Below are positions 1 to 11,269 of a stretch of 64,000 nt of DNA, piece by piece. The notes beneath the pieces were generated by a model. The model did not search any database. It was not told the DNA's origin and worked only from the letters and a program-made list of their open reading frames with translations. The DNA is from Fistulifera solaris (Eukaryota), in NCBI GenBank assembly GCA_030295235.1, contig AP026164.1, positions 1,426,001-1,490,000 of the forward strand, read 5' to 3'. A program made the position numbers and the translations under genes. Each line of letters begins with the position of its first letter. The first letter of the stretch is position 1.

Positions 1-611
1 AACATAATGGTTTTTCTGAGAATGTAGTACTTATGATGTCAAAACTAAATGTATCCCTGGCTTAGACCCCTATTCACTCATTTTCGGTCGAAATCAGGCT
101 TTGCATGATCATGCATCATGCATGAATACGATTAGGGCAAACATGACTGTGTGCCGCAACCTGCTTGTTTTTCTGGTGTTTCGTGTGACGGAGAACCGTG
201 ACCGTGACGACTCGTGACTAGGTGATGTCCGTTGGCCGTTGGCACATGTTTCTGTTCTACGAAATACCTGTACTGGTACCGTAATAGAAAAATGTGCTAA
301 AGTAGGTGTCGGTTTCTTTTTGTGCTTGCAAGGCAATGCCTGCTGGTACGCAATACCGAGATACATAACCTTTGGTCACAGAACGTTAAAAACAGTTAAC
401 TTCGCATTCTAAAAAATTTGGCATTGATGCATCACATTCGGCATTCGGCCTAGGGGAAATTTGACTTTGAATTTTGGATACGAAATACGAAATACAAGGT
501 ATTGGTCAACAACAGGAAGCGAATCATCATCATCGACATCTTGCATCTATTTTCAATGCAAACCTAAGTATTCGTGCTATTAACTAGAGAACTAATCTTG
601 TGTTTTGAATT

Positions 612-1546
612 ATGAGGAGGCGTAAAACGACAAGTACACCATCGTATCATGGCGATGAAAAGGACGAGTTAAAGTCGAAGGGCTCGGGTCGAGAGAGCCG
701 CTTGGTTGTGTATGGCATGGCGTTTTGCGTGCTGTATGTGCTTGCCCCCCTCGGTCCACATATCATGCGAGCTTTGCCCTTGCTTTTGAGTGGCAGAAAG
801 CATGAATTTTCCACCATCTTTCGTTATGACATACCATGGGCATGGGCAAAAGATGCGCACCGAGAAGTGTTTCCGGAAATGACCCCTACTTCCTTAGGTT
901 CGAATTTCGACATAATTATTCAAGAGTATGATGCATACAGAAAGCTATATGGAGAAGCGACGAGTTTCGCTGATATTGACAAGAAGTATCAAGGTTTCAA
1001 GGACAAAGAACCTTGGGGATCTCAGTTTCTGCGAGTTTATGGCGTAGACACGTGCTACGCAGACTACTTTCCCAAAACAATGGAACTTTTCAATCATTGG
1101 GAGTATGAAGCTACTTCGATTATGATTTCCAGGCTTGCACCGGGTCAGACACTACCGGCTCACCTTGGACCTACCAAACTGGTCCTTCGCCATTTGATGG
1201 TCTTGAAAGCAGACTTTGAACCCGAGCCTTCGGCTATCCATATTGGATCATGTTATGCAAAGCCACAAAGCTGTGAACTAAAGAAGTATCCTTGGGAAAA
1301 GAAGGCCAAGAGCGTGTATTTGATGACTCTTTCTGGCACATGGCAGATAATCCCACTCATAAGGAACGAATTGCACTGTTCACCGACGTGAAGCGTGAAA
1401 TGAAAGGGTGGCGAGAGCAGCTGATTTACGATTTGATTATGTACGTCATCAGAGTCAGTGCGTTTGAACCAAAGCATTCTATTGTGGAAAACACGAATCG
1501 TTTTTGCGAGGCTGCAAAACGCAAACAATCGGGCCAATCAAGTTAG
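612..1546 (+). CDS. Aspartyl/asparaginyl beta-hydroxylase-family (2OG-Fe(II)) protein with N-terminal membrane anchor; one frameshift near 1295
   Basis: Motifs SRLAPGQTLPAHLGP..LRHL in ORF 612-1391 and (W)..EGQERVFDDSFWHMADNP..ERIALFTDV in ORF 1292-1546 match the family pattern. The frames join at the homopolymer tgggaaaagaagg. Confidence 0.75.
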
Positions 1547-1728
1547 GTTGAAGCGTATGTTTGAGTGGGTTCAATAATTGTAAAGTGACAGTCATTACCA
1601 AAACTCTCTACTCAATTTTTGACTTTGGGTGTAGGTATGACTTCTACAGGGATTAAGTGTCAAACTAGCGAATGTCAAGAGAGCGGGTTCGAGCAAAGAA
1701 TGCTCGCGTTTGCTCATGCATTATGGAG

Positions 1729-2122
1729 TCATGGCGTGCCAACTTTTGTGCTATCCTTGATCGAAATGACGACGTCGTCACTCATTCCCTTTAAAAGCAT
1801 CTGACCTTGATAATCGATGACCCCTCGTTTCTTTGCTGATTTTAGTGTCCCTACAAGAGCTTCGTAATAATTTGCGACTTGGTCATCGTCAAACAATTCT
1901 CCGAACTTGACCTGCGGCGAACCAGGTTCACCTATGCGTTGAATGTCCTGTACGAGTTGTCTGATTTCCTCATTTATGCGTTCCTTGTTGATTCAAAGAG
2001 GGACCATGTCGAAGGTAAAGGGAATTCCGATACTTTAGGCCAAGAAAAGGAGTACGGCAACAACACGCGGTTCTTCATACCTCCTGTTCCTTAATGACTT
2101 CATTCGATGTTACGATAGGCAT
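1729..2122 (-). CDS. Costars/ABRACL-family small protein, 98 aa, two exons (2122-2081, 1983-1729); not in the ORF track
   Basis: Manual translation gives MPIVTSNEVIKEQE|ERINEEIRQLVQDIQRIGEPGSPQVKFGELFDDDQVANYYEALVGTLKSAKKRGVIDYQGQMLLKGMSDDVVISIK. A GT..AG intron at 1984-2080 joins in frame. The Costars signature VKFG.LF.DD..AN..EALVGTLK.AK is present. Confidence 0.9.
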
Positions 2123-2622
2123 TGTGACTAGTTTAATTCGCTTTGATTGTAAGTCTTTTTATCTAAAAATCCCGTTGTTGTTCGTTTCTCCCCTCTGTGG
2201 CGTTGGATTCGATGATAATTATGTCCCTCGCTATTTTTTGTTGTTCCTCTTGTCCTCTTGTTGTGTCTTTTTTTCTTTTCGTTGTAGGTAAATGTTACGC
2301 TTTTTGAGCGGACAGCGGACAGGACTTGCTAGAGGGGTTTCTTCAGAGTAGTCATTGAGTCCTCTGGATTTAGCTAGTATCAATGCACTCAAATAAAGCC
2401 AACTAATAGCTAGCATGCGACTGCCTTTACTTTTTTCGATCACTGTGGGGCAAGCTCACAAATACACCATACACGATGCAATAGACATTCGAGTTTGAGT
2501 GGATGGTCTTATGGAAGTCGAAGCAAATTGTAAACAAGGGTGCTGCAAAAGGACTATAAAATGAATATCCCATTCCCTTGTCTATCAAGATTAAATGAGC
2601 TGATTTGGCTCTGGTAGGGCTA

Positions 2623-3212
2623 TCAAGACGAAGCTTGCTCGTCGTAAGCCACTATAGAAAACTCACTGATATCAATAAACCGTTCCAATGAAGCAACGAA
2701 TAAGTCGTAACTTTCCTTGAGTTCACTGGTGCTTAACTTTCTTCCCCTCATTCCGACACTAGCGAGTGAGTCCAACTTCTCCAAACTGGTGATCATGGTC
2801 TTGTAATTTGTTAAGATATTGTCCGCATTTGGCCCATCCTCCGTCGCTTTAATAATAGTGGAACACGATTTGCGTAGATCCGAGATGGACTCCAACCGAA
2901 GCGCTGCTTTTATCCCTGCATAGTCATTCAATAGAACGGTGTCTTCCAGGTTGAAATTTTCTTTCGAGCACGCTTGATTGCCCTCAAGGCTGCCGGTGCA
3001 GCAAGTTGGCTCGTGACGTCGGCGCTGGCTAATGTTGGTGCAAGTAACATAGAAGCGGTTGCTACTGAGTGTCCAAAGTTTTCAAAAAAGATTCGGCGTG
3101 TTGCAGGTTTTTCCGGCATTGAGAAACCGTTGGCAACGAAGACGGAACAAGCCGCCAGGAGCAAAATGGAAGAACGCGACAACATCCTTTTCTGTCGTTT
3201 GGGGTATCTCAT
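2623..3212 (-). CDS. Probable plastid (thylakoid lumen) targeted protein of unknown function; frameshift near 2940
   Basis: Signal peptide ending ANG-F, then a twin-Arg TRRIFF, a hydrophobic stretch and ASA. It continues into the helical ORF 2623-2931. Confidence 0.6.
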
Positions 3213-4100
3213 GCAGCAATCCGACCAACTTCCTTTCTTCGTAGTGTGAGCCTGGAAATTGGCAGGAACAACTTATATCATTGTCTCTGTGAGAAACAAC
3301 AGCAAACAGAGCAAGAAGCAAAAAAGTTACGAGTAGTGCGAGTGGCGAGCGTTGCGCGCGGACAATGAGTCATTGGACTGTCCTTGGTCCGGCTTTTTGG
3401 AAAAGCGCTTCATTGTCATGACTGCATTTCAGTGACGAATACTTCTTTCGAGCCAAATTACGAGTACTACCCAATCTTCGTTCGTTCTGAAAACTTGTTG
3501 AGCTAGCTAGACCTTATGTTCTTTCATCACACGTATCGAATTATTTAAAGGAAAAAGCCGTGGAAGCATCATCGCTCTCTACGGGGGCCAACGTGAATGT
3601 ACACTTTTTCCCGCGCACCTTCACTACTGGTACTTTGGATAGACCCTAATAGGAGTCAGGTAAACTTTACCAAGACTGCATTTCAGTCACAAACCGGTAT
3701 TCTCACTGCTAACATTACTACCCAGTACCATTAATGTAAATAGACAGAAAATCTTTCTCGATATTCTGCACACGGACAGAATTCTGATTACAAAAATTTT
3801 GCATGAGGATCGCGAGGAAGATCTTTCGCTCAAGGATTAGAAAGCCTTCGCTTACCAATTCTGACTTATGACTCGCCGTCGTTGTCTTTCTCCATGCCAA
3901 TTCAAATATACAGAAATTCTGACAGTAGTATTATCTTATCGTGATCATCTTTGTGAGGATGATACTTGGTGTTTTCGCCGACTTTGTGCCTGTCGATGAA
4001 AGCAGACACAACGTCTGACTTATGTGACTATGCGTGATGATCTTTGCGAGCAAAATATTTCGCTAAGACGTGTTTTTCTGCAAAAGACCTATTTAATTCC

Positions 4101-4320
4101 TTTCTGGTCGCCGTTGCTTTGATTTATTTGAGCCGAGAGTCCGAATTTCGAAAAGACTACTACTACGTGTCCCGCATCTTTTTTGGAAGACGAACCCCAT
4201 CCTCGAACGCCTATTATCCATCGGTCTGGGCAGCATAGATTTTCTCGCCATGCTTGGACGTCGGTGGAAAAGAATAACCGTAGTGGTGAAAAGCAATCTT
4301 TGCTCGATAATCAATAATGG
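4101..4320 (+). pseudogene. Truncated, frameshifted copy of the 3' end of the COPI-associated gene at 12125-12940
   Basis: FLVAVALIYLSRESEFRKDYY is identical to the 12125 gene, followed by indels. The 5' part of the gene is absent. Confidence 0.85.
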
Positions 4321-5054
4321 CAATTTATGAGGATTTTGAGCTCTAGATGTAATTGGGCCAGCGTTGGATCGTCAAAGGCATCTTGACAGCCGCGATGTAC
4401 TCGTGGAACGTGATGCGATGTACAAGTTACGAAAGACCTCCTCCATTGACAAGGAAGGAGTCAAGATCAAGCACGATACTCTCTAGCTCTTTGCCACTTG
4501 CAAACAACCAAGGACTTTTGCCACCTTCAACATGCGACACGCAACCGAAGTGGTCAATCAGATCCTCATGAAGTCCATTTCAACCTCGTATTACTGCTAT
4601 AGCATCTTCTCTTTAAAAGAGAGTGTTAGCGTCGACACCGTGTCCCTTGCCATTTTCTATTGGCAGAGAAGACACTAATATCACATCAACAACCTTGTTA
4701 TGAAGCATAGATCAAAAACAAGATGGAAATGCTTGAACCTGTACAAGGTACTGGATGCCATGGAACAATCTGTTCATAATGCTGTCATTTTCAGTCGACA
4801 AGAAAATGAATCACAACCAGCTTTTCAAGTTTCTGGATACCCGGCTTTCTTTCCGTTGAACCGATGGCAATATATCTCTTCATCAAATCACCTCATATAA
4901 TATGCTTTGAGAGTGAAAATGGAAGAATCAAGCAACACAGCCATAGATTGCAGACCGATGTAAGTCGTAAAGTTCTAGCTCGAACGAGAAGGATCGCCGC
5001 CCCGTATAAACTGGCTTCCGAAAAAAGGAATGACCGCAACGAATCATCATCCCC

Positions 5055-5058
5055 AAAA
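5055..5058 (-). terminator. Putative Pol III T4 terminator of the permuted tRNA
   Basis: TTTT 8 nt after G37; also present in the second copy (TCTGAATATTTT). Confidence 0.45.
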
Positions 5059-5066
5059 GATTCAGA

Positions 5067-5148
5067 CCGTAGTCAGGCGCCTTGCCATTGGGCCAACGGG
5101 AAAGCACGACGATTTCCCGCCCGGGATTCGAACCCGGAATCTCCTGAT
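5067..5148 (-). tRNA. tRNA-Arg(ACG): Circularly permuted tRNA-Arg(ACG): 3' half 5148-5113, 10-nt spacer, 5' half 5102-5067
   Basis: The minus strand reads ATCAGGAGATTCCGGGTTCGAATCCCGGGCGGGAAA-tcgtcgtgct-TTCCCGTTGGCCCAATGGCAAGGCGCCTGACTACGG. Swapping the halves gives a complete 72-nt cloverleaf: acceptor TTCCCGT/GCGGGAA, anticodon stem CCTGA/TCAGG, loop CT-ACG-GA, T arm CCGGG-TTCGAAT-CCCGG. Confidence 0.9.
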
Positions 5149-5187
5149 ACACTAGCTGACATTGTCATGAAGAGAGGTAATTCGTTG

Positions 5188-5198
5188 ATATAAATATA
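5188..5198 (-). promoter_or_regulatory. TATA-like element ~30 nt upstream of the permuted tRNA leader
   Basis: TATATTTATAT on minus (TATAAATA on plus), with CAA at ~5161-5163 just before the leader. Confidence 0.5.
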
Positions 5199-6616
5199 GC
5201 AGTTAAGGCACTCGTTTTCAGCGTCTTTTTAAGTAATTCGGTGGGGCGGTAACTGGACGGTACATTTTCTCCCAGTCATCCAGTACCGCACAGGTGCGCG
5301 ATGCGACAGAACAATCCCCCATGGTCCTTCCGCCAACAGTCCTCTGCCCCAGTGAAGAATAAAAAAGCAAAAGTACGATCTCCCTGGATGTGAACCATCC
5401 GTCGAACAAGGGCGGAAAAACAACGCAACGCCATGATATGACGCCATGGCTATGCCAACAAAACCGCACAACGACCGACCTCCGCTCTTCGCTCCTCGCT
5501 CCTGCCTCCCCTTGCCCTCGCTCCTCGCTTTCTCCAACTCCAACACTCCTCGAACTCGAACTCGAACCTCGATCCTAAAACTTGTCCTTACGCCAACGGT
5601 GCTCTGTCCGTGTAAAATAATGAAAGAGCAAAAGTAAAATCTTCACTGGATGTGAACCGTCCGTGGAAAGAAGGTCGAGTAGATGCCTAAACGGGACAAG
5701 GACCGCAGCAAGCTTTCCTTCGAGCAGCGCGCGTGTATTGGAATCCGACAACCGATAAGAGACATGATGGCTTTCCTTTTGATCCGATCACGCAAAAGAA
5801 TGATTCATTCCCTGAAAGCTTACTCACATTCACATAGGCTTTTGCAGACGGGGTTACCGGGGCAGAGCAATCAAAGGAAGGCCCTGGCTATTTCGTCTCA
5901 ACGATGACTCTCGTACCTGGCGATTGATGGAAAGCTCTTTCTTCAAATTATTTGTTCCCTTTCTCACCATACCTTGTATTTTTTCGTCAACAGCATGTGA
6001 GACGAGTCGTCGTCGTCCGATTTTTTGTCTTTCGCGCGCACCAAAATGGTGTGGTTCATTGGAAATTTGATTTCCCGCTGGAAAGACGCTCAACGCAGAG
6101 GAGTGAGCCCATTGCTAGCCGTTAATCGTTATTTGCCGAGAAGAGAAGGGAACGCAAATGCGGATAAAATGATAAATAAAGCCTATGAATGTACGGAGTG
6201 AATCACTTTTGACGCCATGGTCGTAATGTAACATTCACGTCCGATGAGGGACTACAATGAGCCAAATGGCCAAAAAGGGAAAGAAACGTAAAAATGACCC
6301 GAACGAGTCACACTGAGTATCCATCAAGTTGTAGAGAAAGACATAGTGAATTTCACACGTCACTCGTTTTGAATAATAATCTTTTCGAATTCACATTCGA
6401 CGAGAGCGAGATCGACGAAAACGTAAAACAAAAATCTTTTCCGAAGCCCTCGCAACGAAGATACCAGGTACCGAGTACGAAAGACGACTGACGTTCCCAA
6501 TTACCAGGTATTTCAACTTTGCACACGTTGAGCTTCTTCTTCATTCTCGAATACAACCATTTGTTCGTTCTTCGACTTGTGTTTTTATTAATTTACAAGA
6601 GCCTTACTAGCATATC

Positions 6617-9600
6617 ATGGCTTCGTTTGCACCTACCAAGGTATGTCATTTCGAGACGAATTCTCATGAATCGCGAACAAGGACACTGCAGCGAATCTCA
6701 CAACATTCTTCGTCGTGGATCAGGCCAAAATGGAGGCTGAAGGGATCTCTCCTTCGGCTATTTCGGCTTTCGAATCGACTTTCAATTCGCTCGTATCAGG
6801 GAATACTGGTTTGATTCCCGAAGACACCATCTCACCAGCGCCGGACCTCGACAACGCCGAAGACTTTTCGAAAAGTATTACGGTCGATCCCGCTTTGCTC
6901 AAAGAAACCGTCGTTCTCAAGCTCAATGGAGGCCTCGGTACCGGCATGGGTCTTGACAAGGCGAAATCGTTGCTCAAAGTCAAAGGCGACGATACTTTCT
7001 TGGACTTGACGGCCAAACAGGTCATGCAAATGCGCGAAGAATACGGAATGAAGGTCAAGTTCATGCTCATGAACTCCTTTTCGACATCCCAAGATACTTT
7101 GGACTTTTTGAAAACCAAGTATCCGGGTTTGGCGTCCGAGGAAGGCCTCGAAATGATGCAAAACAAGGTCCCCAAATTGAATGCGGATACGCTAGAGGTA
7201 CGTCGTGGTTCAACAAAGTGAGTTTTCGTCGGACGTTGGACTCACAATTCTGGTCCCTTCGTTCTCTAGCCCGCCGTGTGCGAAACAGACCCCGACAACG
7301 AGTGGTGTCCTCCGGGTCACGGTGATTTGTATGCCGCCTTGGTCGGCTCCGGATGCTTGGACAGTTTGCTGGCCAGTGGCTTCAAGTACATGTTCGTGTC
7401 CAACTCGGACAACTTGGGGGCGGTCTTGGACTTGGCCATCTTGACCTACTTTGCCCTAAAGGGTTCTTCCTTCATGATGGAGTGCTGTGAACGGACCGAA
7501 AACGACAAGAAGGGTGGTCATTTGGCCGTTCGCAAGGCGGATGGTCAGTTGGTGTTGCGCGAGTCGGCCATGTGTGCCGACGAAGATGAAGACGCCTTTC
7601 AAGATATCACCAAGCATCGATTTTTCAATACCAACAATCTTTGGATCCGCTTGGATATTTTGAAGCAAATCATTGATAAGAACGGTGGCTTTATTCCGTT
7701 GCCGATGATTAAGAACAAGAAGACTGTCGACCCCAAAGATGATTCCTCGCAAGCGGTCTTTCAATTGGAAACGGCCATGGGAGCTGCTATTGAATGCTTC
7801 GATGGCGCCACGGCCATTGTGGTACCACGTACTCGTTTCGCTCCCGTGAAGAAATGCAGTGATTTGCTTCTTCTACGAAGTGATGCTTACACATTGGTGG
7901 ATCACAAGCCCGTTTTGAATCCGGCGTGTGGTGAAGCAGCACCAATTATCGACCTAGACAGCAAGGCGTACAAACTAGTCGGTGCGCTCGAGGAAGCAAC
8001 TGCGGGTGGTGTTCCGTCTTTGGTGAACTGCAAGCGTCTCAAAATCAAGGGAAAAGTTCGCGTGTCGTCGAAAACGAAATTCATTGGTGACGTTGTCATC
8101 ACCAACAGCAGCTCGGAGAGCAAATTCGTTCCCCCGGGTGAGGTCACCGGTAGTCACGACTTGACCGCCGCTGTCGGCATGGGTAAATTGTGTCCTATTA
8201 TTGTCTCGACGACGCCTATTGATGGACAAAAGCCGGGTACTTCCGGTCTTCGCAAGAAAGTCAAGGAATTCATGCAAGAGAATTATCTCGAAAATTTTGT
8301 CCAGTCGACGTTTGATGCCGTGAAAGCCAGCGGAACGGACGTTACCAAGGGTTCTTTGGTCATTGGTGGAGATGGTCGCTACTTCAACGATAAAGCTATC
8401 CAGACGATCATCAAAATGGGTGTTGCGAACGGTGTAAAGCGCTTCTGGATCGGACAAGATGGTCTCTTATCGACTCCTGCCGTTTCAGCCGTAATCCGAG
8501 AACGCGGACCGGGCTGGCAGTCGGCATTTGGTGCATTCATTTTGACGGCCAGTCACAACCCCGGTGGGCCAGACGAAGATTTCGGCATCAAGTACAACGG
8601 CGAGCACGGCCAGCCGGCACCGGAGAAGGTTACGGATGAAATTTATGCCAACACATGCTCTATTAAATCCTACAAGATTTGCAAGGACTTTCCTACAATC
8701 GATGTGTCCATTCCGGGTACCACCAACGTCAAGGCAGATGATGGAAGCAGCGAGGTCAATGTGGAAGTTATTAGCGCTACGGACAACCATGTTGAGTTGC
8801 TCAAATCAATCTTTGATTTTCCTGCGATCAAAGCGCTTCTCGACCGAAAGGACTTTACGATGGTGTACGATACAATGTACGGTGTGAATGGTCCGTACGC
8901 AAAGAAGGTTTTCGTTGAAGAGCTTGGCCAGCCTGAAGAGATTTGCATGAACGCTACTCCCATGGATGATTTTAATGGTGGTCACGCCGACCCTAACCTG
9001 ACCTACGCTAAAGAACTAGTGGCGAAAATGGGACTCGACCGCAACGGAATGAAAATCGACGTCCCTGCAGGAAGTAAAATTCCTGATTTTGGGGCTGCCG
9101 CTGATGGGGATGGCGACCGAAACATGATTCTGGGCAAGCAGTTTTTCGTCAGTCCTTCCGACTCGCTAGCTGTCATCGTCGCAAATGCTGATGCTATCCC
9201 ATTCTTCCGAACTCAGGGTGGACTAAAAGGTGTCGCCCGCTCTATGCCTACTTCCGGGGCTGTCGACCTTGTGGCCAAAGATTTGAACTATAGTCTTTTC
9301 GAGACACCGACAGGTTGGAAATACTTTGGCAATCTAATGGATTCCAAGGAATTATTTGGAGGCGAGGACTACACGCCGTTTATTTGCGGTGAAGAATCCT
9401 TTGGTACAGGATCGAATCACGTTCGTGAAAAGGACGGTATTTGGGCCGTTTTAGCATGGCTGCAAATTCTAGCGGTAGCCAATCCAGACGCCACTCAACC
9501 GCTAACTACGGTCGAGGATATCGTTACCGCGCATTGGCGAAAATACGGACGAAACTACTATTCCCGTTGGGATTTCGAGGGAGTTGATAAAGTCAAGGCG

Positions 9601-9951
9601 ACTGCTATGATAGACAAAATGCGTTCGGATGCTGAAGCAAACACTGGAAAGACTGTCGGAAAGTACAAAATTGCCAAGGCAGACGACTTTACGTATGTTG
9701 ATCCTGTTGATGGAAGTGTTTCGAAGAATCAAGGCATTCGATTTCTCATGGAAGATGGATCTCGCATTATCTTTCGCTTGTCCGGCACAGCCGGTTCTGG
9801 TGCCACTGTTCGTATGTACATCGAGCAGTACGAACCGGAAAAGATCGACATGGTTGCTTCCGAGGCGCTGGGTGATTTAATTCGTATTGCGTTGGACCTT
9901 TGCGACATAAACGGGTTCCTCGGTACCGAGGAACCTACTGTCATTACTTAA
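6617..9951 (+). CDS. UGP/PGM: UDP-glucose pyrophosphorylase / phosphoglucomutase fusion; exons 6617-6640, 6724-7197, 7270-9951
   Basis: UGPase motifs LKLNGGLGTGMG, WCPPGHGD, SNSDNLG and RFAPVKK. PGM motifs GQKPGTSGLRKK, TASHNPGG, DGDGDRN and CGEESFG. Both GT-AG introns restore the frame. Confidence 0.96.
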
Positions 9952-10060
9952 GCTGCACGTGCAGCCATTTGACAACCAGTGATTGAACGAATTGATAAGC
10001 CTCAGTGGAATATAGCTATTTCTCTACATGTTATTTATGAACGTCTTTTATGTTAATTGT

Positions 10061-10763
10061 TTAAAGGCTTTTCTCATCAAGCCTTGCCCGCTTAGAATCT
10101 CGTTTGTCCTTTTTCTCTTTTCGAGTCGAATGTTTGTCTCGTTTTCGCGCTTCTTTCTTCTGCTCCTTTTTCGCCTTTTTTCTTTTTCTCTTTCCTTCTT
10201 TCCCTCGACAAATTATCGGAAGGAGGTGCGAATAAGTCCTGTCCCTTTTCTAATGTATATTGATTGGCTAGCTGTTGGCCTTCATACGCGTGACCTGGAG
10301 CGGCAAGTTGGTTCCCTTTTTCTTTTTCTTCCAAATGTTTGGGTAAGCGATAATTTTCGACATGATCGATGCGCAGCGGCCGGTCTAAGATCTGTAGCGC
10401 ATCCGAGTACATAGGATGGGATGAGCAGAAATATTTTGTCCACTGTACAAAAATGTTGCCACGTACCTTGACACCAATGAGATTGTCGACGGCCAAAATA
10501 CAAGACTTGGGATCTTCGTACTTGACAAAGCCAAAGCCTTTCGATTTACCGGTTTCCTCATCTCGAATCAAATGTGCGTCCTCTATTTCTCCATACTGAC
10601 TCAAAATGCACAGAATATCACCCTCGGTCAGCTGATGGTCCAAATTTCCGACGTATACCCAAGGGGCATGCGCAAACTGCGAGTGCCACGAACCGGCGGT
10701 TCCAGCCAGACCCCGTTCTAATTCCTGGGCATTAATCTTTTCGATTTCTCGGATGGTATTCAT
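10061..10763 (-). CDS. RBMX2: RBMX2/Ist3/Snu17 RRM splicing factor (RES complex); intron 10392-10466; probable frameshift in the Lys-rich tail
   Basis: MNTIREIEKIN..EL..G...SWH....WVYVGNL...LTEGDIL..SQYGEI; KSKGFGF; LAVDNL; LRIDHV..Y. Confidence 0.9.
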
Positions 10764-11269
10764 AATAGTTTACCGAGATCTTCGAGTAACGTCACTTGTT
10801 AATAAAAAGAGAGAGATTATTCTGCATGAAAACAAGACTTCATCGCCTCACTTTGATGAGATGCAATATAAAAAACCTTGCGTGTTCTCGGCCGCGGACG
10901 CCTCATGACTGAAAGCAGTCGCGGTTCTTCCAACCTACACTTGGGCTGATAGTTTCCACGGATTACAAAAGAAAAACCGCTCTGACAGCACTTTCGAATC
11001 CGCGTGCGAGAAGCCTTTCATTATTATTTTGTTCGTCCTTTTTTTTCTTCAGTTTCGATACCAGTAACACAACGATGCATCGAGCGTCGTCATCGTTCAA
11101 AGTCCGAATAACGAATACCTTCCATAGCACTACAAATTTTTTATAAAGAAACTCAACTACTGCCGTCGCCACGTTGCGGAGCGGGTGCCTTTTCGTTTTC
11201 TGGTGATTTTACGAGGTACATTGACTCGAATTTCTTTGCATACAACGTGGATGACGCTGAACCTGAACA

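Larger units (their letters stand above)
4101..5185. repeat. Left arm of a ~1.05 kb diverged inverted duplication (partner ~11270-12334)
   Basis: Collinear reverse-complement similarity along the whole length, e.g. caacatgcgacacgcaaccgaagtggtc and the tRNA block. Confidence 0.9.

Noticed and set aside
5067..5148. Ordinary intron-containing tRNA or two tandem tRNA genes
   Set aside because: There is no 5' half upstream of the 3' half and no T arm downstream of the 5' half in either copy, and both halves end exactly at 37/38.
4864..5193. ORFs 4864-5193 and 11313-11639 as a conserved protein pair
   Set aside because: Their similarity comes from reading the duplicated tRNA antisense.
5360..5680. 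Two diverged ~55-bp direct repeats around ctggatgtgaacc (~5384, ~5647)
   Set aside because: No TSD, LTR or RNA-gene features could be supported.
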